A stretch of DNA of 63,069 bases, the filler included, from Octopus bimaculoides (lineage: Eukaryota), in the NCBI RefSeq assembly GCF_001194135.2. It is 5 parts of 5 records of this genome, joined end to end, with 100 filler letters (N's around TTAATTAATTAA, not from the genome) between each part and the next. Parts side by side here need not be neighbours in the genome. Positions count along the whole stretch, not along the records: positions 25,784 to 51,819 come from NC_068987.1; 4 more parts are not named here. One strand, written 5' to 3'. A model generated the notes under the pieces. That model was not told the DNA's origin and did not search any database. It saw only the letters and a program-made list of their open reading frames with translations. Positions within the stretch are counted from its first letter, which is position 1, and each line of letters begins with the position of its first letter. Below, in pieces: positions 38,861 to 50,156 of this stretch. The position numbers and the translations under genes were made by a program.

Positions 38861-41380
38861 TTTTTAAAAAATTACTAATATTTCTTAAAAGTATCTCTTT
38901 AAAAAATATACTAAAACGAATTTTGTTGCACTTCTTTTAAATTTGTCACTTTTAGTTTACAATGTATCTACATACTATGCTACACACTACTATATTCCTT
39001 AAAATTAAAGAGACTGAATTCGGTCAAGAAATTGCCAGTAGATTGAGGTCATTGCCAATAGTCAATCGCTAATATCAAATTACATTGAATATAATGAAAA
39101 AAATTTGCGGAATAGATATACAGTATATAGGTTGAATTCATCTAAGTTTAACCACTTAAATAGTCATTTCAGCTAAGTCATCATTTATTATTACTTTTCT
39201 TTGAATAATTATTTTTACTATTTTTATTTATGTTTAATTAAGCAAATTCTACTGTTTACATCAAGATTAGATAAACTTTTTTTTTGTAATGATTATGATT
39301 GTAAATGTATATTTTGAAATAAGGAGTAGAAGAGTGAAGTGAGTTCATATGAAGACTTGCACTATTCACCTTTGAGCGGGCTGCTTCCTTTTCAAACTGA
39401 TTTGATCTACATATATATGCATATAAAAAATAGCAATATGTACACTTATTTTTATGCAATTAAATTATACAGGCTTCTTTTATTTTATTAACTTTTAGTT
39501 TACTCTATGTAATATATGCTATATAAATTGAACTCAAAATGGACAGCCCACTCATTTTGGGTAAATTTTAGTCATTTTAGACTGTTTAACTTTACCTTTC
39601 TGCCCAATTTATGTTGTATGTATATTATTACTGATACTTTATTACTACTTTATAATTTTAATTATATTTTTAAATTAATTATTATTTTAATTATAATGCT
39701 CTAGTTTTTTTGATAACAATAATATTGCGCTGCAACTTTCAAAATTGAAATAATAAATTGAAATAGTTACAAAGATTTAAATGAATTAATTATAATATAA
39801 ATGAAATAAAAAATAATAAATATTTTTATCACTGTTAATAATTTGCAAGTAAAAATCTTTTTTCTGCTTGATAATTTCTATACATCATCATCATCGTTTA
39901 ATGCCTGTTTTCCATGCTGGCATGGGTTAGACAGTTCAACTGGGATCTGGGAAGCCAGGAGGCTGCATGAGGCCCCAATCTGATCTGGCACTGTTTTTAC
40001 AGCTGGATGCCCTTCCTAACACTAACCATTCCGAGAGTGTAGTGGGTGCTTTTTACATGCCACCGGCACGAGGGGCCAGAGGAGCTGGCATTGACCACAA
40101 TCGGATAGTGCTTTTTATGTGCCATCAGCACGGAAGCCAGTCAAGGCGGCACTGGCATCAGCCACGTTCGGATGGTGCTTTTCACATGTTACTGGCATGA
40201 GGCTCACAACTACAATTTCCATTTGATTTGATTTTGATATTGCTGATGCTGATGTACTTGGCTCAATAGGTCTCCTCAAGCATTGTATGTCGCTCCACGA
40301 TCCAAGGTACTTTTGAGTGGGCTGGTTATGCGACACTGGTGTAGGTTACAGCTGTGGACTCACTTTATTTGCCGGGTCTTCTCAGTCACAGCATACTTCC
40401 AGAGGTCTTGGTCTTTTGTCATTGCCTCTGTGAGGCCCAATGTTCAATGGTCATGCTTCACCACCTCATCCCATGTGTTCCTGAGTCTCTACCCTGGATT
40501 CCTTCCACTGTTTGGGAATGGCACTTCTTCACACAGCTCTCTTCGTCCATCCACAGTACATGACCATACCAATGCAAACGTCTCTCTTGTATGCCACATC
40601 CAATGCTTCTTATGGCTAACATTTCTCTCAGGGTGCTTACACTCTGTCATGTGTGCACACTGACATTACACATCCAGCGGATCATGCTAGTTTCATTTCT
40701 TTCAAGCCTACGCATGTCTCCAGCAGTCACAGCCCATGTTTCACTGTCGTGAAGCATGGCAGTTCACACACATGCATCATACAATCTACCTTTCACTCTG
40801 ATCAGGAGGCCCTTCGTCACCAGTAGGGGTAGAAGCTTTCTGAACTTTGCCCAGGCTATTCTTATTCTAGTGGTAACACTCTCTGAGCATCCACCCCCAC
40901 TACAGACTTGGTCACCTAGGTAGCAGAAGCTATCAACTACTTCTAGTTTCTCCCCCGGGCATGTGATGGAGTCTGTTTTCTGAGCATCTGTGGTGTTTAT
41001 TGCCCCTGTGCATCTGCTGCATGTGAAAGCTATCTTCCCGGTTAATCTTCCTTTGATGTTGCTGCACCTCTTATGTGTCCATAGCTTACACTGGGAATAT
41101 CTTATGGAATTTCTACCTACACCTTTTCTACAGATCAAGCAGGGCCACCTACCTGAAGGGGTGTTGCAATTCTTAATCTTTGATCAAATGGTTTTTGTCG
41201 TTTTGTTGTAACAGTAGTTACTTACCATCTTTTTTCTGCCTTAAAATATTCATTAGTTTTGTATGGATTTAAGATTAAAATTATAAACGATTTTAAATTT
41301 TAAAAAAAGTGCAACAAAATGCGTTTTAGAAAAATTTTTTTAAGAAATACTTTCAAGAAATATTAGTAATTTTTTTAAAG
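38861..41380. repeat. ~85-bp inverted repeat pair (38861-38944 and 41295-41380)
   Basis: Seen: ttttaaaaaattactaatatttcttaaaagtatctctttaaaaaatatactaaaacgaattttgttgcacttctttta versus the minus strand of 41295-41380, tttaaaaaaattactaatatttcttgaaagtatttcttaaaaaaatttttctaaaacgcattttgttgcactttttt. Confidence 0.85.
39885..41157 (-). mobile_element. RTE-clade LINE, 5'-truncated: end of ORF with Zn-finger-like insert, long 3' UTR, (ATG)n tail
   Basis: Seen: PCLICRKGVGRNSIRYSQCKLWTHKRC...FTCSRC...LEVVDSFCYLGD...RIRIAWAKFR...RLYDACV, then SETWAVT..MRRLERNE, RRLHWYGHV, and a (CAT)n tail on + at 39883-39895. Known: RTE RT thumb/C-terminal motifs. Confidence 0.9.
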
Positions 41381-41700
41381 AAATACCTACTTGTTTCTTT
41401 CTTTTTAAAGTTTAATATTGGTTGATATTTTTTCAATAGAGCATTTTGTTGAATTCTTTTTTTGTTTTTCAAGAAATATTTTTCCCATAAAATTTCTTCC
41501 TTTTTGAGATTATATTTTTTAAGCATTAAATTTTCATCAAGAAAATGCATCGTTAGCCCATTATCATATGCTTTACACCCACATACCGTGGTGAGGTGAT
41601 GGTTGGATTTAATGGGGGAAAGGCCACCAAATATTTAGTTTATCAGATAAAGAAATGCAATTTCATATCTTTTAATTCATTCAATTTTTTTTTAATTTGA

Positions 41701-42066
41701 TTAAATACGTTCAAAAAATAAGGCAACAATATTATTCATTTTAGAAACGAAATTGACATTATATGCAGTAAATTGAATGTCACTAATAATATTCCATTTG
41801 TCATTATTTTTAACTATGCAAGTATAATGACCGCTATTGACTTGATTCAATGTATGCATTATGCAAGTTTTTAATTTGAAATTAGTGCCAAAAATATTTT
41901 GCTCTTTGGTATTAAAATATGTGATTTCTACATTAATTTTTCTGACAATAACATTATCATTATCATATGAAAATCTATTCAGAGAAACACATAAATATGA
42001 TGTATTGCTACCACTGCCTCCTCCTCTGTTGCTGCTTTTAGCAACCCTTGAATATGTTAGTGTCAT
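41701..42066 (-). pseudogene. C-terminal half of a ubiquitin-specific protease (peptidase C19/UCH)-like domain; intronless, 5'-truncated
   Basis: Seen: YLCVSLNRFSY...RKIN...FKLKTCIMHTLNQVNSGHYTCIVKNNDKWNIISD...IVALFFERI*. Known: USP box 4 (LxxxLKRF), His box (H..SGHY....W...D) and terminal YxLFYER. No Cys box and no good splice acceptor are visible upstream. Confidence 0.7.
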
Positions 42067-42339
42067 TTAATTTCTGAACTGTTTCGCTGCCGTTTGTTTA
42101 TGTAGTTTAATCCCTTTACGCATCAGTTTGTATAAGATATAAGATATGAGATAGATACGCAAGTGAAATTACTAATAGAGAAAGGGAAATAAAACTTTTG
42201 AAACAACAACGCCACCATATGTTACTTGGAAACCATGTGTTTTCAAGGGAGATAATCAGAGAAAGACTTGGAATGACCTAGCATCATAGTACTTCATGTA
42301 AAGTAAATATAACAAATGAAAAATCCTTCAAGAATCAAT

Positions 42340-42515
42340 TAACATTCCTGCATCACTACCAAAATTTCATCATCTGTTACTTGTGTCATTACCAACTTTT
42401 TCTGCAAGTTTCATCAAATGCCATTCACAATGTTTCGAGTTATTTTGCACACAGAGGGACAGACAAACCAATGGCAATGGAAACAGAACCTCCTTTGTTG
42501 GCAGAGGTAATAATT
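42340..42515 (+). mobile_element. Possible Helentron-associated (HINE/DINE-like) 3' fragment
   Basis: Seen: aaaatttcatca...aagtttcatcaaatgccattcacaatgtttcgagttattttgcacacagagggacagacaaac...aacctcctttgttggcagaggtaa. The resemblance to HINE ends is recall-based. Confidence 0.35.
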
Positions 42516-43089
42516 TATTATCATTGCAAGAAAAGAGAGGAAAATGAACGAATGGGAAAATTGAAAAGTTGCTGACGTGTCAGTTTCAGCCATTCCAAGT
42601 TGATGTGAAACACTTCTGTCTTGATTGGAAAAGGATGAGCTGATTACAGTATGTAGCGGGTCACTACATGGCTTAAAAAATATTATTATTTGGCACTTAT
42701 GGAAAAATGTTGGGGGCTGGAGTATTTGCAAGCATTCTTTCAAATATCGATCAGCACATGGCAAATGTCTTGAATTTGCAAAAATATTTTTGTCTTTAAA
42801 AAATATTATGTTTGAATGAAATTGCGATTCATTTGCAAAGATCTAAAAAAAATCAATGAAAGTAAAAATCGCCAATTTTTCGCCATTCTATAAAAAATTT
42901 TATAAATGAAATAATTTTAAATGCAAATTCTAAAAGAAACAATATAATTTTGAAAAAAAATACATTTAGAATTATTAAAAGTAAAAATCACCTGATATTT
43001 AATCCAATATAAATTTTATTTTTTATTTTATGTTTTGCTAAAATTACTGTTTCTTTTCAGATATCAGAAAAAGGTAATTAAAATTCATT

Positions 43090-43180
43090 AAAATGACAGA
43101 TTTATAGGACTTTCAAAGAGGTCAAATTGTTGGTGCTTGTATGGCAGGTGCTTGCATAACAAAAACAGCCGAAATGTTTG
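43090..43180 (+). mobile_element. Tc1-like transposase N-terminal fragment (same family as the 28-29 kb element)
   Basis: Seen: MTDL*DFQRGQIVGACMAGACITKTAEMFGV. Confidence 0.7.
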
Positions 43181-43711
43181 GTGTATAGTGTATGCCAACT
43201 ATATATCAAGTGCTTAAATGATTTTATTATTGTAAACAGAGTTTGGTGTGTTACAGCAGACAATAATGAAGCACAGCAAGAATTGAATCAAGAGACGCAG
43301 ATAACATACAGGGAAAGAGCAAAGACAGAAATGAAATTAATGCTAAAAATGGAACAAGCAAAGCTGAAACTAATAGGGAAAAAAGAGAATTGTTAATCAA
43401 GAAAGAGGGCAAAATATGAACAATGATGATAGGCAAGAATATTTTGAGTAAGTAGAGAGAGAAAACAACCTAAAAAAGAAAACATGACCAAAGAGAACAG
43501 ACAAGGTTTCTGAGAAATTAATTAAAGAATTATGAAAGAAATGACAGGATATTATTACTATGTGGAGAGATGCATATGCCTGACACTATTATCACAAAAT
43601 AGGATGCAGAATTTCCATGGGTATTGCTAGTTAAATATGTATTACCGTTTTAATCAACAGTTACATAGAGCACTTCAAAGATAATTTATAAAAGATCAAA
43701 GTAAACTACCA

Positions 43712-44290
43712 TATAAGGTGTGTTCAAAACTAATGCCATATGGACAAAATCCTTTGGTTGGGAAGTGATGCCACTCTTCCTGCACATGTGTAAAAACGTT
43801 CATACTGGTAGGCCATGTCAGTTCCCAGCTGTTATGTTTAGAGTACAGATGTGTAGTGCATGCTTGTTGGATTTTCGTTTTTCATGCAAGATGAAGTCTG
43901 GGTCATGGTTTGCACATTCCAGCATGTCCTGAGTGAATTCTATGCGGAGTTGCCAGCACCTTTGGCACAAATTTCACCAACACTCTCTGCATGCACAAAT
44001 CCTCTGTTAAAATGGAATGCACTGGTCCTGTGCTCATTCCTACTTCATGAGAAATTTCCTGAGTTGTTACACAATGGTCCACCATGACTATTTGCCAAAC
44101 CTTCTCAATTGGCTCCTCATCTCAGCTTGTGGATGACCTGCCTGAGCATGTTTCACTCTCCACTGAAATGTGGCAATGTTTAAAGCATTTGTTCTCCTTG
44201 GTCAGAGTTTTACCCATAGAGTTTTATCATTACCAAAGCATGCTGAATCTTCTGAATAGTTTGTACTTGAGTATCACAAAGTTTTTGGCA
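43712..44290 (-). mobile_element. mariner-like transposon remnant
   Basis: Seen: DHCVTTQEISHEVGMSTGPVHSILTEDLCMQRVLVKFVPKVL, a decayed GRSSTS upstream, and TIR-like TATAAGGTGTGTTCAAAA at ~43712. Confidence 0.8.
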
Positions 44291-44771
44291 AAATAAATTA
44301 AAGACATAGACATGTGAAAAAACATTTGCAAATCATGGAAGTACAGAGGTACTCACAAAGATATGGATAGAATAATCTGATACAAAGAAAGGAAACAGAT
44401 TCTTTTATTTCATTTGCATCTGAAATTTTTTTTTATTAATCGAATAAACAGAATATGCTTGCTATATACAATCAGGTGAGTGTATATACATCCATTGATG
44501 GCATTTATAACAGCTGAATATCATCTTTCACTGAAAAAAGACTGACAGACACTGATCCTTCCCTCAAACATCTATTTAGAAAAAAAAACTGTTTTAATGG
44601 GGGAGTAAGTACTTTATCCTAAAATGAGATTGTTGAAAGAACCCCATTATTATGATTGAATCAAGGAGGTTTAATTGACCACCTTTAGTGTGGCCAAGAC
44701 TTCTCTGTATTGAAGTATTTGTCTTTGTTGCATACATGCATACGTGTTATATGTATATATGTATGTGTATG

Positions 44772-44806
<35 letters not shown>

Positions 44807-45448
44807 NNNNNNNNNNNNNNNNNNNNNNNNNNNNNNNNNNNNNNNNNNNNNNNNNNNNNNNNNNNNNNNNNNNNNNNNNNNNNNNNNNNNNNNNNNNNNN
44901 NNNNNNNNNNNNNNNNNNNNNNNNNNNNNNNNNNNNNNNNNNNNNNNNNNNNNNNNNNNNNNNNNNNNNNNNNNNNNNNNNNNNNNNNNNNNNNNNNNNN
45001 NNNNNNNNNNNNNNNNNNNNNNNNNNNNNNNNNNNNNNNNNNNNNNNNNNNNNNNNNNNNNNNNNNNNNNNNNNNNNNNNNNNNNNNNNNNNNNNNNNNN
45101 NNNNNNNNNNNNNNNNNNNNNNNNNNNNNNNNNNNNNNNNNNNNNNNNNNNNNNNNNNNNNNNNNNNNNNNNNNNNNNNNNNNNNNNNNNNNNNNNNNNN
45201 NNNNNNNNNNNNNNNNNNNNNNNNNNNNNNNNNNNNNNNNNNNNNNNNNNNNNNNNNNNNNNNNNNNNNNNNNNNNNNNNNNNNNNNNNNNNNNNNNNNN
45301 NNNNNNNNNNNNNNNNNNNNNNNNNNNNNNNNNNNNNNNNNNNNNNNNNNNNNNNNNNNNNNNNNNNNNNNNNNNNNNNNNNNNNNNNNNNNNNNNNNNN
45401 NNNNNNNNNNNNNNNNNNNNNNNNNNNNNNNNNNNNNNNNNNNNNNNN

Positions 45449-45580
45449 CCACTCACAAAGCTTTGGTCAGCCCAAGGCTATAGTAGAAGACACTTGCCCA
45501 AGGTGCCATGCAGTGGGACTGAACCTGGAACCATGTGGTTCATAAGCAAGCTACTTACCACACAGCCACTCCTATGCCTA
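45449..45580 (-). mobile_element. CORE-type SINE 5' half, CpG-depleted
   Basis: Seen: ccactcacaaagctttggtcagcccaaggct...gccatgcagtgggactgaacctggaacc. Confidence 0.85.
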
Positions 45581-45768
45581 CTACATTAGTATAATTTTAC
45601 CTAAAATCTCCAAGAAGGTAAGGAGATAGACAGAGAACATGCTGCCTTCACTTCAGCTTAGAAGCTACTAAGGTATCAGGAAGAAAGACTTGTTACAGAT
45701 TTTGCTTGTCACTGTTTTATGGGGTCAGTTTTAATTTATAGACTAGTTTATCAAATCTTTGTATATAT

Positions 45769-48540
45769 ATGTGGCTACTAATCCATAGAACAAATGAGTT
45801 TGTTCGAAAGATGAGGTGGATTGCTTACCATCATAAGACTAAGAAGAAAAATGGAACTCTAGAAACATATGAGAAAAGTTATTATAAGAAGATATTCAAA
45901 AGTAGAAAAAATCCTCCACCTAGTCCCCTACTGGAAAATTTTGAAAAAGACTTATTTGATCTAATAGCTAATGTAAAATTCAAGGAACACCCTCTCAGAA
46001 AAAACTTACATCTGAGGAAACTAAAGGAATTTATTAAGTTATTGCATAACAAACCAGGCATTCTGATCCCAGCAGATAAAACCGGAAACTTATATAGACT
46101 TGACTATACCACCTATAGGAAACTTGTAATGAAGGAACTTAATGCTAAATATAAAATAACATCTAAAAAGAATCTATTAGACATCAATTTGAAAATCAAG
46201 GAAGTTATGTTAGAATACGACTTGGCAGACAGAACAGAACCCTTAAAACCAAGTGAAGCTAGGATTAACCTAAAGGACCATAAGAAGAACTTCCATGATA
46301 ATCATACTGCAAGGCTAATTTGTCCGACTAAGTCTGATATTGGTTGGCTTAGCAAGTCTATTCCAGACAATATCCTACTCCTTATAATTCCCAACCTAAC
46401 ACTAAAATTATGGATTGATACAGATGAGGTAATACATTGGTTTAAATCTATTGATAACATAAGTAATTATTCTTTTATCCAATTTGATATTAATAGTTAT
46501 TATTCCAGTATATCTCTTATTCTTCTGAACAAGTCTCTTATTTTTGCAAAAAACCTCTCTCATATAACTAGGGATAAAATTGACATTATTCTTTTTGCTA
46601 CAAGAACTATTATAGAATTTGAGGGTAAACTTTGGACTAGGGCTGACACCCTCGAAAACTTTGATATAGCTATGGGCTCAAGTGACTCGGCCAAAATCAC
46701 AAATCTAGTGGATGCATACCTTTTAAGGTGCCAAAATAGAGAAATCCCTGAATTACAGGGAGGTTTCTATTGGGATGATGCTCTGTTCATTATCCCTAGC
46801 AACAATAAACAATCATAGAAAGAATGAGGAAAAGAATTAGAAAATTTTCCAAAAACTTTAAGTATTACGTATGAATATGGCACAAAGGTAGTAAATTTTT
46901 TGGATACTACTTTAGGCGTTAACTCTAGATTATACTCCCCTATAGGAAACAAGGTGAGGTTACAAGATATGTGAACAAATTATCAAATCACTCCCGTAAT
47001 GTATTAAAATCGGTAGTTAAAAGTATTTCTAGGAGAATTACGAAATTATCATCAAACATTGATATTTTTAATTCCCATTCATACTACTACAATGTTGCCT
47101 TGTCTAAGGCAGGATATGACCAGGGAATTACTTTTCTTAGTCCTGTAAGTTCAGCACCATTTAATAGAGGAAAAAATGATAGCTTCAGTAATAGAAAGTC
47201 TACTAACTTACTTAGTTGTAAAAAAATACCAAATGATAAAACTTCCTACAAACCTAACATTTTAAATAATAATAGAGTTTGCTTCAATAGGAGACAGAAT
47301 ACTAAAAAGAGTATGAAGCTTAGGTTAGATAAAAAAAAAGATGACAATGTGAAAGAAATGGTTACTCCTCCAGATATGGAATCTACTAGAAATATAATCA
47401 AAACTATTAATCAAGGCACGATTCTAAGGAGCAGGGATAGTACAAATATATCCCGCCCTTACTTACACCATAAATTTAAAGGTAAGAATTTCATCTGGTT
47501 CAATATCCCATCCAACCGTGCATTATCCACAAACACATATAGAAAATTTATGGCTATTTTAGAAAAAAACTTCTCTACTTCCCATAGATGTAATAGAATC
47601 TTTTCATGTAAGACAGTTAGAATCTCATACACTACTCTTCCCAATATGGGTACCATTATAGCTAGATTAAATAAGAAGAATATAGAATTAGCCAGAATTG
47701 TTAATAATAATAATTATTATTATTATTATTATAATATTAGTAACAATGGCAATAATAACAATAATAATAATAATAAAAATAAATATAATAATAATATTAA
47801 TAATAATAATAATAATAATAGTACTGTGAACTATAACGTAAACCCCCAACGTGAGAATAGTAGTATTGATGATGATGTGATAGTGGTAGAACTTCAAATA
47901 TAAACAGTATGGATTTTAGTTCCGGTGCCCATACGGACATGGAAATTATTGATATGCCTGCTGATGTAGAGGTGGTTTTAAATGATACTACAATTAAAGT
48001 GGGGTTAGAAAATAACAGACATGAACATAACATACTTGATAACAGTAATATTAATAGCGAAAATATTAATAATAATAATAATAATAATAATTTGAATCTT
48101 AATAATAATAATATTAATAATAATAATATTAATGATAATAGTTGCAATTGTAGAGTTAAATCTCACTATCCGTTATTAGGCCATTGTCTTACCCAGAACG
48201 TAATATATAAATGTTCAATAAAAACTACAACTAATAATTTTATATATATCGTTGTTCGATAAATATGAAACAGCATCTAACCAACCACATGTCGTCCTTT
48301 AAACTTAAACATAAAGTGAATTGTACGTCATTATCCAGTAAGATTTGGAAATTAAAGGAAAGTGGAATTGGGTTTAGCCTCAAATGGGAAATAATAAGAA
48401 AAGCACAGCCTTATAGAAATAGCAGATATGGGTGTGAGCTGTGCTCTATGGAAACATGAAATTTTTAAGCAAAAAGATAAAGGCAACCGGATTAATAATC
48501 GATTAGACCTTAGGATATCATATGTACATAGTGTCACCCA
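45769..48540 (+). mobile_element. Penelope-like retroelement (RT plus C-terminal GIY-YIG endonuclease; Neptune/Nematis-type order), near full-length, frameshifted
   Basis: Seen: RKMRWIAY, IPADKTGNLY, FDINSYYSSIS, MGSSDSAKITNLV, GGFYWDD, VNFLDTTL, SNHSRN, IWFN..., SYTTLPN, then CNC...PLLGHCLTQNVIYK...NHMSSFK...TSLSSKIWKLK...WEII...CELC. These lie in three ORF pieces in different frames. Known: these are PLE RT and GIY-YIG motifs; the clade assignment is tentative. Confidence 0.9.
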
Positions 48541-48609
48541 TACTTTTAAATATTTTAGAAAGTAACACTTTATTGATCTTGTGATTCAAAACCTATAAGA
48601 AACCTCTTA

Positions 48610-49670
48610 GCTTAAAATTAGTATACATTTAGCATGTCCCATAACATCAATATTCCTTTAGTTAATACAGAGTATCAGTTTTTATAGATACAAGCTAAAT
48701 AAGTAAATAAACAAATTTTAGTTTAAAATACTTGAATTAGTATACATTTTCTATAAATCTTCTTTATTGATGTTACTAAGTTGTATATATACTTCATCAT
48801 GGTTTTTAGTGATTAAGCTATTTTATATCCTTTTTTTATAGTGTTCTACCCTACCTGATCATTTTATTACTTTTTAATACTTTATAATTGCCTTTAGATA
48901 AACTTAAATTTTGTACCCCCATAAATTCATACTTAGCATATATATAAAACAATATGGGTATCTTCACAACTTAAAATTAAATTGCTTAGATTATAATTAA
49001 ATTAATATATAGTTAATTTTGTTCTTTCACCGCAATACTAAATCTTCTTGATAACCCTAAATTTTAACTTTATACATATGGCTATATTGTTTAAAATAGT
49101 TTTAGTAATTACTTTATTTATCCCTTTCTTAAAGTGTTCCACCCTCCTGATCTTAATATTTATATTGACCTTTATACAAGTAGCCTTTCCAATTAAGTAC
49201 CCCTAAGAAAATGTAGTATCATGTACTGATTAACACTAATAACTTTTAAAACCTATATTATACCTTTAATTTAAAATTAGTATATAATTAGCATGTCCTA
49301 TAACATCAATATTCTTTTAACTAATACCGGGTATCAGTCTTGATTGAAATAAGCTAAATAAGTTAATAAACTTTTAGTTCATAATACTTAAATTATTATA
49401 CATTTTCTATAAATCTTTTCTATTGATGTTAATACAGTATATATACTTTATTATGGATTTAGTAATTAGGCTATCTTTATTCCTTTTCTATGGTGCTCTA
49501 CCCTACCTGATCATTTTATTATTTTATAATAGCCTTTAATAAATCTAATTTTTGTACCCCTATAAATTCATACTTAGCTTATATAAAACAATACCAGTAT
49601 CTCCACAACTTAAAATAATTTAATTTAATTAAATTAGTATATAGTTAACATGTTCTTTAGCCTCAGTGCT
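48610..49670 (+). repeat. Diverged direct repeat (~430 bp x2, period ~660 bp, with a partial third copy) downstream of the PLE ORF
   Basis: Seen: 48610-49040 resembles 49270-49665 (e.g. ttagcatgtcc-ataacatcaatattc; ctaccctacctgatcatttt; tttgtacccc-ataaattcatacttagc). Partial copy at 49080-49170. Confidence 0.8.
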
Positions 49671-49904
49671 CCTTTATTAAATATCAGTAAAATCCAATTG
49701 ATCAATCTCCATAGATAGCATCTAATAAGTTAATATATGGGTAAATAATTTGTATAAATATGAAACTATTTCTATGTAATTTCTTTTCCTTCCTCTATTG
49801 TGGTAAAATTTGGTATATACTCAATAGTATTCGAATGAAATTTTATCCTTCTGTTATAATATCATTCTTAATAATACATGTATATACATATATGTATATA
49901 TATG

Positions 49905-50156
49905 CCAGTGCCGCTTGACCAGCTCCTGTGCAGGTGGCACATAAAAAAACACCATTTGAGCGTGGCTGTTGCCAGTACCACCTGACTGGCCCTCATGTTG
50001 GTGGCATGTAAAAGCACCCACTACACTCTCGGAGTGGTTGGCATTAGGAAGGGCATCCAGCTGTAGAAACTCTGCCAGATCAGATTGGAACCTAGTGCAG
50101 CCATCTGGTTCGCCAGTCCTCAGTCAAATTGTCCAACCCATGCCAGCATGGGAAGC
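49905..50156 (+). mobile_element. RTE LINE 3' UTR fragment (same family)
   Basis: Seen: reverse complement of the 29548-29800 sequence; ends ccaacccatgccagcatggg at a gap. Confidence 0.85.

Noticed and set aside
41157-41215. KPFDQRLRIATP as the start of a Polinton/poxvirus A32-like ATPase
   Set aside because: Too short, preceded by a stop, and no Walker A motif appears on the other side of the LINE insertion.
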